A DNA stretch of 64,000 nt from Octopus sinensis (taxonomy: Eukaryota). Numbering within the stretch: position 1 is the stretch's first letter; each line of letters starts with the position of its first letter. Location: assembly GCF_006345805.1 (NCBI RefSeq), contig NC_042999.1:149730001-149794000 (forward strand). Reading direction: 5' to 3'. The position numbers were made by a program, and so were the translations under genes. Below the pieces are notes generated by a model. That model ran no database searches. It was not told the DNA's origin and saw nothing but the letters and a program-made list of their open reading frames with translations. Shown here one piece after another: positions 1 through 9,488 of the stretch.

Positions 1-528
1 GTTGAGCATTTTCCCTTTTACCAAGCCACTGTTTACGACGTTTAACATTTCGATAGAAAATCCATTTTACGTCACAAGTCTATCGAAAAAGGGTGAAATG
101 AGTTTGCGAGAATGGAGAGAAGAGCAGATGTCAACTCGGGATTTGCGGTTGCTTTCGGACAATACATGAGGCACCTATTTTCCAAGTTTAGGAATCTTTC
201 CACGTTGTTGAAGATGACGATGAACTGTTGTATGGTTTGAAGTAAGCTTTGTTGCCAATTCTTCAACTGATAATGACGGATTTTCTTCAAGTAATGCCTC
301 AAGGAGCTTATCATCAAACTCAACTGGACGTCCTATTCGATCTCCATCTTCAATTTTGCAAACGATCTCCTGCAAGTTCTTTCATTCAAGCACTTTCCCA
401 TAAACTGAGTGTATGTTTCGAGTCACTTCGGCTGCAGAGTTACCTTTATTGTACTCATAAAGAATTATATGTGCCTTAAATGCTCCTTGGATACTTCCAT
501 GTTGAAAGGGTTTTAATCAAAGCAGTTT
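1..528 (-). mobile_element. Decayed mariner (Mos1/SETMAR-like) transposase, N-terminal part; host of the nested element at 529-1816
   Basis: The minus strand from ATG at 500 reads MEVSKEHLRHIILYEYNKGNSAAEVTRNIHSVYGK. ORF 175-375 reads GRPVEFDDKLLEALLEENPSLSVEELATKLTSNHTTVHRHLQQRGKIPKLGK, which matches mariner HTH motifs. The frame is broken. Confidence 0.85.
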
Positions 529-1816
529 TAGGGTGTCCACGAAGTCTGGGTACATGGAATAAAATCATAACGTAAACAAATATAAGAAATAATAATTTTC
601 CTTTTTTACTTTTGTTTAAATTAAATAAAAAAAATACTTTACTTTTCTAAATTTATTTGTTATTTTTTCTACAGATAATCGAATGATGGCTCTGTCTAAA
701 GAAGAAAGAATCGAGTTAGTATTATTATGTGGACGAGAGGGATGGTCTTATCGCAAAATTGCGGAAGAATTTAATCTTCGACACCCTTATAGGTAACCTA
801 TTTTTTTTTACTGCCGTCGGGAAATTGATCAAGAAATTTAAAGAAACAGGCAGTGTTTTGGATAAACCCCGTTCCGGGCGACCAAAGACTTCAGATGAAA
901 CGAAAGAGGCTGTCATGGCTAAAGTTTCTGCTAGCCAAAAGAAATCACTTCGTCAGACATCCACGGTGTTAGGTGTTCCAAAACCAATCATCCACAAAAT
1001 GCTGGTTGAGGAAAAGTTTCATCGATACAACCTACAGATATTGCATCACTTAAATGAAGACGACCCTGATAGACGAATGTAGACGTGCGAATGGTTTTCA
1101 GATAAATTGGATGAAAATATCAATTTTACGAAAAACTTTGTATTGTTCAGTGACAAAGCTACGTTTTATGTAAATGGTGAGGTTAACAGACAGAATCTTC
1201 TATACTGGTCTCGAGGTAATCCACATTGGATGGATCCATCCAAACAGCAAGTCAGCAAAAAGGTGATGGTGTGGTTTGTGGAAAGCTCATGTTCTAGGAC
1301 CCTTCTTCATTGAACATGTAACGGATGAGACTTATGTAAACATATTGAGACAAATTAATATCTCAAATTGAGCGCCTAGGCGAGGGCCTTCCGAATTGGT
1401 TTCAGCAGGATGGGGCCCCTACTCATTTTGCCACAACTGTTAGAGATTGGCTTAATGACATTTTTCCTCACTGGATTGGAAGAAGGGCTCATATGGAAAG
1501 GTCCCCTCGTTCACCAGCTCTTTCTCCCCTTGATTTCTTTTTCTGGGGTATGTTGAAAGAGAAATAGTACAATAAAGATTACAGATTTAAAACAAATAAG
1601 AGAACGCATTACCAGTCAGTGTGCTGAAATTGATGGCAATGTAGACTTATTTAATCAAGTTCACCTGAATTTTGCAAGGCGCATCAAGTTATGCATTGAA
1701 AAATGATGGATATCACTTTGAAAATATTATTTATTAACATTATAATTAAATAAAATTGTTTTGTTTTAAAAGTATGTGTTAATTCCCATGTACGCAGGCT
1801 TTGTGGATACCCTCTA
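529..1816 (+). mobile_element. Near full-length Tc1/mariner element, DD40/41D (rosa/visitor-like) type, with a pseudogenised transposase
   Basis: ~30-bp imperfect TIRs (agggtgtccacgaagtctgggtacatgg at ~530; ccatgtacgcaggctttgtggataccct at ~1786-1813) with TA at both ends. Motifs: KFKETGSVLDKPRSGRP, FSDKATFYVNGEVNRQN, and WFQQDGAPTH...SPALSPLDFFFWG with 40 residues between the last two Asp. Internal stops and frameshifts are present. Confidence 0.85.
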
Positions 1817-1971
1817 TTATTTTGTAAAACAATATTGAATTAGTTTAAACGTACACAAATTCATAAAAATAATTTTTAGTTGAATTAGACATTTGAAAAT
1901 ACTATTAAATTTCATTCAAATCTAAAAAAAAAAGGTAAAATTGGACAGAACTGATTGGATGACTTGATATA
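1817..1971 (-). mobile_element. 5' end and TIR of the host mariner element
   Basis: The reverse complement of ~1940-1971 is tatcaagtcatccaatcagttctgtccaatttt, similar to mariner TIRs. The sequence reads as a 5' UTR continuous with the ATG at 500 once 529-1816 is removed. Confidence 0.55.
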
Positions 1972-2799
1972 TATAATCTATGATATTCTAGTGGGTTTCA
2001 AGTTTATTACACCTTGATATTTCATGTTATCTCATTTTATATGCCTAAGACGTTTATTTTCTATTCTGGTTTTTATATATTTCTATACATTATATTTGTA
2101 TCTATAATTTATTTTAAGCCGAAACATAATACGATCCTTGTACAAACGAAAGAACAAGAATGTCCTCTGGAATTTTTATCTTCCACCGGTGTTTGTAATC
2201 GATGGTGACATGTGCGATGATTTTGTGACTATCTTATATTTTACAGAGAAATTGGAAGCCCCGAATGTAAGCCACCACTTTATGCATAATACAATATTTA
2301 TAGTTCTCTATTTCTAACTCAAATTCTGTCCTCAATAATTATAGATCTCTATGTCTAAATGTAATTCTTTTTCTTCTCGTTCAGTTTATAACTATAACAC
2401 GCGTTCTTGGTTGTCTCTTGACAAAGCTTTTTTTCTCCAGCGTTCACCACTTTACCTCGTTTGGGTTAAACAGTCCTTACCGAATGTTTTCACTGTCCTG
2501 TTTTTGTTAGCAACTTTGACGTTCCACGTATCTCAAATTTTATTTAATTTGCTTTCGGGGAGCAATTGCTTTGACGAAGACGCATCTTGTTGCACTGCTC
2601 GCAATGCGGAGTAGGTAAATCTGCCAACAATTAAGGAAGGGTTGTTTGTTTATGCTGCCTTCGCGCTATAGTTCTCAATATATAATGGAACCCAACCCAA
2701 CCCAACCCGACCCGACCCAACCCTGTACAGTCGCCTCTGCGTCGTCCAGAGCGAGCTCTGGTCGCTGTAGCGTCGACTGTGGGTCGGTAGCTGTGTACA

Positions 2800-3500
2800 G
2801 TCGACCCACAGCCCATGGAGAACTAGCCCGTAGATATAGAAAATCTCTGAAGGAGACCGTCAGATCATAACTATGTAGGACGTACCCCTTTGAGAATACC
2901 ATATGCACCAATGATAACTGCATGGTATGTAGGGTTAGCCCTGGCATTAACTGTAGAACTAGAAATGTAGTTTACAGCATAAGATGCATAGAAGGTGCTT
3001 GTAAAGACATGAACATGACGTACATAAGGGAGACATCTAGGAGCATTGCGAAACGACTAAATGAACATCTGAGACAATATGACGACAATAAACAGTCCTC
3101 CATACTCTACCAACATGCCAAAGACCACCATGGAGGCAACTTGGGTCAACTTGGCATCCACATCTTATCCAAGCACCCAAAAGACCCAACACTCAGACAA
3201 ATACCTATTTCTTTATTACCCACAAGGGGCTAAACATAGAGGGGACAAACAAGGACAGACATAGGTATTAAGTCGATTACATCGACCCCAGTGCGTAACT
3301 GGTACTTAATTTATCGACCCCGAAAGGATGAAAGGCAAAGTCGACCTCGGCGGAATTTGAACTCGCAACGTAACGGCAGACGAAATACCAGTAAGCATTT
3401 CGCCCGGCGTGCTAACGTCTCTGCCAGCTCACAGACAAATACCGGAGTGCGTCCTTATAAATGAAACTTCCCCAGTACTAAATAGGAAATATACATAGTA
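2800..3500 (+). mobile_element. Penelope-like retroelement GIY-YIG endonuclease fragment, interrupted by a SINE
   Basis: ORF 2922-3233 reads CRTRNVVYSIRC...YIRETSRSIAKRLNEH...LYQHAKDHH, the Penelope GIY-YIG signature. The frame resumes as LRQIPECVLINE after the SINE at 3194-3443. Confidence 0.8.
3194..3443 (-). mobile_element. SINE family A (tRNA-like head, Meta/MESC-like core gcctttcatcctttcggggtcgataaattaagtaccag) with 12-bp TSD
   Basis: TSD cagacaaatacc at 3194-3205 and 3432-3443. The head has A/B-box-like motifs (tggcagaaacgttagc; gagttcaaatt). Many homologues occur in the window. Confidence 0.85.
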
Positions 3501-3559
3501 GATATCATACCTCCATACCCACAGTTTATACAGGCAGAGTAGAATAGTTAGTGGGCTGT

Positions 3560-4020
3560 TATGTAGATAGATGTACGTACGTGTGTGGGGGGAGGGTGTA
3601 TGCACATGTATGTAAGCATGTGGATATGAAAATAGACAGATCAACATACAAACGGATAGGTACATAGGTTATATGAACAGACAAGCACACATACGCAAAT
3701 GGAGACTGAAACACATGACCATATATATACACACACACTTTACTCCACACAAGGACACATATGGAGACACGGGACTCACATACAGAGATGCACATCCATA
3801 CATACAAACATGGTACATTGTTGCAAAACACACACACACACACAGACATGCACACACAAGGAGACAGGTGCATACATATACAAACACACGCTCACACACA
3901 CATACATACATATATACATATGCATACACACACATACATACATACATATATACATACATACACGCATACATACATGCATGCATGCACAGGCACACACACA
4001 CACTGACCTACACACATGCG
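3560..4020. repeat. Compound CA/TA/CATA microsatellite
   Basis: Runs of (ca)n, (cata)n and (ta)n, which generate spurious H/T/Y and V/C/M ORFs. Confidence 0.95.
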
Positions 4021-4046
4021 CACAAACTATTGAAAAGGTTGCAAGA

Positions 4047-4237
4047 TGCAACGAAAATTTTAGGAAAATAAAAATAAGAAATAAGTGGAATTTTACCGGT
4101 GAGTATGTTAAATAATAAGGCACAGAACTGTTGTGTCTGGGGAGAGTCATTTTCTTTTTGTGCCTTATAATTTAACATACTCACCAGTAAAATTTCCACT
4201 TATTTCTTATTTTTATTTTCCTAAAATTTTCGTTGCA
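4047..4237. mobile_element. Foldback MITE-like element with ~78-bp inverted arms
   Basis: 4047-4124 is the near-exact reverse complement of 4159-4237 (about 3 differences), with a 34-bp spacer. Confidence 0.75.
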
Positions 4238-4253
4238 TATATATATATATATA

Positions 4254-4322
<69 letters not shown>
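4238..4322. repeat. (AT)n(GT)n microsatellite
   Basis: Seen directly in the sequence. Confidence 0.95.
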
Positions 4323-4599
4323 TAATATCAGGGTGATAAAAATTTTAGAAATTTTTACTACTAGTGGCCTAGCGTGTAGAAAAATTACTATAGAGGAAGT
4401 GTTACTCAACAAACGTGCAATTTTGAACGACTTTGTTAATTAAAAAAGATAATGTTATACCCACTTCCATATTATTTTCAGTACAATCCTCGTACTTGCA
4501 ACAATTGTACAGACAATTGCTGTACTAACCAACAATAGAGAGAAATAGAAACATCACCAATTAAAGTAGAATCAGGCTCCTATGTGTACTACTACTTTT

Positions 4600-4735
4600 C
4601 ATCTTCCAGAACGCATGCGAGCCACGGACTCTCAGCAGAGATACAGACATTGGAGATGAGATTCTAACATAACATCTTAGGGATCTCGTACTTGGAGTAC
4701 ATTAAAAATGAACGGGTTCTCGAAGCTATCCAGTA
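4600..4735 (+). mobile_element. Decayed RTE-type LINE ORF2 C-terminal fragment
   Basis: With a frameshift it reads ACEPRTL/SAEIQTLEMRF*HNILGISYLEYIKNERV, resembling the RTE motif YACEsWTL...IQafEMRcyRriLgISY.dhv.NE.V. Confidence 0.5.
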
Positions 4736-4949
4736 TCACGGCTTTTGATCATAAGGCTTTTCAGTCAGGACGACCGTGGGCTAAACGATAGAAACAACAA
4801 AATGTTGTAAGCTAAAGAAATACATCCCCTTGACATTGCTTCTAGTGCAGGGTACGAAGTGCCAACGTCTCTGCCGTCTGTCTGCTGTGCTATCTCCTCG
4901 GTTATCTATTCTCTGGCTGTCTGTTGTCTATCTGTCTCTCTATTTGTTT

Positions 4950-4984
<35 letters not shown>

Positions 4985-5771
4985 CTTGTGTTCTCTAAGT
5001 TTCGGATTTATCCCCCTCACCCTCATTTCTTTACATCAATGATCTACTTGCTGTCACCTCCAACAGATGTTACTGCTTTTGCTCCTGCTTAGCCTTCTGC
5101 ATTCAGGGACAATCCACATGCAAACTAGACACCTTACACCAAATCCGTACTGAGCCCCATGAACAGGGACCGGAAAAATAAAACAAAACATTGTCCATTG
5201 AAAAAGGGAAGAGAAGTGAGAGTAGGATATGAGAATTTCCTTGAAACTTCTACAAATAGCAATGAATCATTGTACGTTGGTTGATAGATGATGAATAGTT
5301 TCTAATTCTTGGCATTAAATTATTCAATCAAAATACTGATTGATAATATTTGTGGTGATATTATTAAAGAATAAACATGTGAATCATTTTTTTATTAATT
5401 CAAGACTCTGGTTAATCATAATTAAGAAATATTTTTCACAACAGAACAAATAATTGAATTTTAATCTTCTTTAATTTTAATTGCAATCACATCTCGGATA
5501 CTTAAAACGAATGTAAACTGGCACAAATACGGGAGCCGTACTTTATTTCATCGACCCAGAAGGGTAAACAGCAAAGATGACTTCGGTGAGATTTGAATTC
5601 AGAAAGTAAAAGCCGACTAAAAGTCGAGAAAAATATCAATCGATTGTAGGCAGTCTTCCTCCCTTTGGCAATCATGTACGCAAAATAACATTTGTACTTC
5701 TAGATGCAAACCTTAATATCACAGAAAATTTGTTAACTTTGTTATTATATTTGTAAAGAGCCGTATTAATA

Positions 5772-6068
5772 AAGTGGAGGCCCAGTGGTTAGGGGCTGCG
5801 GACTCGCGGTCATCGGATCGTGGTTTCGATCCCCAGACCGGGCGTATTGAAAACACCTGAAGCTCCACGAGACTCTGGCAGCGGGTGGTGGCGAATCCTG
5901 ATGTATTCTTTCACCGCAACTTGCTCTCATTCTTTCTTCCTGTTTCTGTTGTACCTATATTTCAAAGGCGGACCAGCCTTGTCACGCTGAATCTCCCCGA
6001 GAACTACGTTAAGGGTACACAAGCAGACTGTATCGAATCTTCTTCGTCGTAACCGACGGGGTGCCACG
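5772..6068 (+). mobile_element. SINE family C (tRNA-like head, tail ending gtaaccgacggagtgcca); further copies at ~10190-10500 and ~15625-15915
   Basis: Head ggcccagtggttaggg...ggtttcgatccc. The block gaactacgttaagggtacac and the tail are shared with the other two copies. Confidence 0.7.
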
Positions 6069-6545
6069 ATTAATAAAGCTCGATTGTTGTTGTTAGCTTA
6101 TATTTCACTTGATGTTTAAGTCCCTAACAAAAAAAACCAAGAATTTTAAAGAAATATGCATTCATGGAAAAGAGAGAAAAAATAGATGTCAAACATAGAC
6201 AAACAATAACAGACGAATGTGTTTATAATCCGTATTAATTATTATTATTCCCAAATATAAATACATTCTTTTTCATAATACACGGTTTCAAATCTAAATT
6301 CTTTTTGCTAACCAATAAAGATAGAGGGGAAATAACTCTAACTGCATACGTATGTCTGTTTTTTTAACCGGAAAATATTAATTTGCTGCAGTATGACATT
6401 AATGTAATATTGCTGCTTTTTTGTTTCAAAAGAACTAACAAAGAGTATTTAATAAATTTACCTTAATAAATATTAATATATATCTATATGTTTTTAGTTT
6501 TACTAAATACATTTTTATTTTCTTAAATTATTCACTGCTAATCAA

Positions 6546-6554
6546 CTTCCTTTT
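6546..6554 (+). promoter_or_regulatory. Putative TCT/5'TOP pyrimidine initiator of RSL24D1
   Basis: cttcctttt lies 45 nt upstream of the ATG and matches the YC+1TYTYY-type motif of ribosomal-protein genes. Confidence 0.4.
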
Positions 6555-6590
6555 ATATGTTACTTGCGTCGAAGTCCGTCGTTTGTCACC

Positions 6591-6671
6591 ATGAGGGTCG
6601 AAAAATGTTATTTTTGTTCCTGTAATCTTTATCCTGGCCGTGGAACGATGTTCGTACGAAATGATTGCAAG
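6591..6671 (+). CDS. RSL24D1: RSL24D1/RLP24 exon 1 (ribosome biogenesis factor, eL24 family)
   Basis: [27 protein letters not shown], then donor gttagt at 6672; 81 nt, phase 0. Confidence 0.97.
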
Positions 6672-7716
6672 GTTAGTGTTGATAAGAAATAATTTATTTT
6701 ATTCAAAAGCCCATTATAAACATGTTCTTACAGCATTGTTACGCACGTGTTGGGTGTGATGTTTCCATATTCCCAGTTATATGATTTGGTGAGCTTTCGT
6801 AATTATTTTAATTAAATATTTTGTTGTAATTAATGTTAGAAAAATACTTCAGTTAACAAGACATGTTATTATATGAAATTCTACAAGGTTTTAGATGATG
6901 TGAGCAAAACATTTGGAAGATTTACTAAGCATTTGTTTAATTAACCAACGTCTTAATATGTCGCAATAAACCAATGGCCTACAATAATAATACGATCTGT
7001 TGGCATTGTTATACTGGTCTTATGTATACCATAGGTGTCATTTGTTTTAAATAATATAATTACAAATTTATTTGCTCTTTATAAATTGTTAATAATTAAA
7101 TTTACACGTACTTGAATTTCTTAAAATCCCCGGGGGTGGGGATTGAATTAGCTATAGTAATGGCCTGTCCCCATCACCACTGATTTTTGTTTTCCACGTA
7201 ACTTTTTAAAATTATTGTTTTTCAATAAAATTTTGCAGAGATGTGTTGTTGATGGTGTAGATTACGTCGAGAAAAGTTGTAATTTTTTTTATCCTGTGGA
7301 TGATTTGTGGTTAGAAGGAATGACTGGTCATATCTACTTATGATGGACATTCTTGGATGTCACAGCAAGTAGATAATATACGGGAAAAGGGAATGTCGTA
7401 GAAATATAAACATTGACCTGTAAAGTTACCACTTAACATAAGCGACAGATGGAACCCATAAATGAGATGTTTCAAAAGGCAATTCTCATGCTAAATATCA
7501 CTAAAAAAAGCTTTGTTGATGTGTTGGGCAACAACATTTCTGTCATTGATGAGAGCCCACCTGTGGGAGACGTAAGAAAGCAGGCCTTCACTGAATCTGG
7601 CTCTAGGGAAAGAATCTGGTTTTAAATCTTGGGAAAATTTTTATTGGTAACTCAGGTTCTTGAGCGAAACATGTATTAAATGATACACTGTATGAAGACA
7701 TGAAAAAAATATCACA

Positions 7717-7865
7717 GAGTGGTTGGCGTTAGGAAGGGCATCCAGCTGTAGAAACACTGCCAGATCAGACTGGAGCCTGGTGCAGCCTCCTGGCTTCCCA
7801 GACCCCGGTCAAACTGTCCAACCCATTCTAGCACGGAAAACAGACGTTAAACGATGATTATGATA
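7717..7865 (+). mobile_element. Repeat family B (RTE-linked, (ATG)n tail). Other copies at ~10660-10993(+), 11385-11545(-), 41265-41500(-), 42108-42400(-), 46680-47040(-), 48600-48815(+), 51700-51900(+), 54430-54728(+), 56440-56605(+), 56878-57160(-), 60008-60320(-), 61615-61795(+), 62150-62622(+)
   Basis: Shared core gagtggttggcgttaggaagggcatccagctgtagaaac...ccatgctagcatggaaa.c.gacgttaaa(c/t)gatgatgat. Confidence 0.85.
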
Positions 7866-7967
7866 TTAGTTGATATGTAAGTACAGAAAATATGTAAACA
7901 AATTCGCATAATCTCATATTAGATAATAAAGTATCTGGATGATATTTTCTCAGAGTCAATAGAAAAG

Positions 7968-8320
7968 GTACTTTTATTCATTTGACTGCGGTCATGCTGG
8001 AGCACTGCCTTAGTCGAACAAATCGACGCCAGGACTTATTCTTTGTAAGCCTAGTACTTATTTTATTTGTCCCTTTTACTGAATCGCCAAGTTACGAGGA
8101 TTTAAATGCACCAACATCAGTTGTCAAACAATAGTGTAGACACAAGCAAATGTATATATATGGCAGGCTTCTTTCAGTTTCCACCTACCAAATCCAGTGA
8201 CAAGGCTTTGGTCAGCCCGAGGCTGTAGTAGAAGACACTTGCCCAGGTACCACACAGTGGAACAGAACCCGGAACCAAGTGGTTGGGAAGAAAGCTTCTT
8301 ACTACACAGCCATGTTGCGC
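7968..8320 (-). mobile_element. SINE family D (tRNA head plus CORE-like ttgggcaagtgtctt block). Other copies at ~36055-36440(+), 42598-42960(+), 63760-64000(+), plus fragments
   Basis: Shared ttccgggttcagtcccactg...gccgaccaaagccttgtgagtggatttggtagacggaaactgaaagaagcc...cagcatggccgcagtcaaatga. Confidence 0.8.
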
Positions 8321-8635
8321 CTATGTACTGACTTAACATTGGTTTCAAATTTTAACACAAGGCCAGCAATTTTGAGAGAAGTGGAAGTTGATTACATCAA
8401 CCTCCCAACTCCAAAACGATGATAGGCAAAGTCAGACATAAAGACAGATGAAACGTCCCTAGGCATTTTGCCTGGTGTGTTAATGGTTCTGCCAGCTTGC
8501 CACTTTATGTACTGGTCCTCATCCAAAATCTTTGGCTTTATGCTGATGTTAGAAATCAATTTTTTGTGAGCACAAAATATAGTTTATAGGTTTTTATGAT
8601 CAGTTCATTATTATCTTTGTATTGTTACTTTATAG

Positions 8636-8822
8636 GTTTTCCGCTTTTGCCGCTCCAAATGCCACAAAGCTTTCAAGAAGAAGAGAAATCCCAGAAAAGT
8701 ACGTTGGACCAAAGCATTCCGCAAAGCCGCCGGTAAAGAGTTGGCTGTTGATCCAGTATTTGAATTTGAAAAGCGACGGAATGCTCCAGTTAAATACAGT
8801 CGAGAATTGTGGACACAAACAA
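8636..8822 (+). CDS. RSL24D1: RSL24D1 exon 2
   Basis: Acceptor ttatag at 8635; [62 protein letters not shown]; donor gtaatt at 8823; 187 nt. Confidence 0.97.
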
Positions 8823-9262
8823 GTAATTGATTATCTTTTATCTTGATTTATTTCTGCCATGCTAGGGCATCATCTTGAAGAGTTTAGTTGAACAAATCAA
8901 CTTCAGTATTTATTTTTTCTTGAGGATGGTACACTTTCTATTGATCTTTTTTACCAAATTACTATGTTATGGGGATGTAAACAAACCAACACCTGTGTTG
9001 GTAGGGGACACAGATATATATAGGTAGATAGATACAACAGGCTTCTACACAGTTACTATCTACCGAATTCATTTATAAGGCAATGGTCAACCCAGAGCTA
9101 GAGTTGAAGACACCATAGATGTTGTACAATGGAACTGCACCTGAAACCTCATGGTTGAGAAGTGAACTTCAGGCATGCAGTCAAGCCTATGTAGGGATAT
9201 TTTAAAAATAAATATCACTAGAAATGGCTAGTTAATGATGTTTTGAATCAACAGAGGCTACA

Positions 9263-9488
9263 TAGAAAATATTTATTTCTTTATTGCCCTTAGAGGGGAC
9301 AAACAAGGACAGACTAAGGAATTAAGTCAATTACATCGACCCCAGTGCATAACTGGTACTTATTTTATCGACCCCGAAAGGATGAAAGGCAAAGTCAACC
9401 TTGGCTGAATATAACGGCAGATGAAATACTGCTAAGTATTTCGCCTGGCCTGCTAACATTCTGCCAGCTCACCACCCTAGGAAATATT
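9263..9488 (-). mobile_element. SINE family A copy with ~11-bp TSD
   Basis: tagaaaatatt (9263-9273) and taggaaatatt (9478-9488) flank the copy. Confidence 0.7.

Noticed and set aside
3429-4443. Many 60-138 aa ORFs rich in H/T/Y or V/C/M
   Set aside because: They are translations of CA/TG/CATA microsatellites and of the foldback element.
5772-5850. tRNA-like sequences at SINE heads (also ~39300-39390, ~43250-43334)
   Set aside because: They have A/B boxes but no complete cloverleaf, and they continue into SINE bodies, so they are not tRNA genes.
6860-7620. Stretches in RSL24D1 intron 1 that read like decayed coding sequence (ICWHCY; RCVVDGVDYVEK)
   Set aside because: There are multiple stops and no family motif I can name, so a call is not supportable without a profile search.
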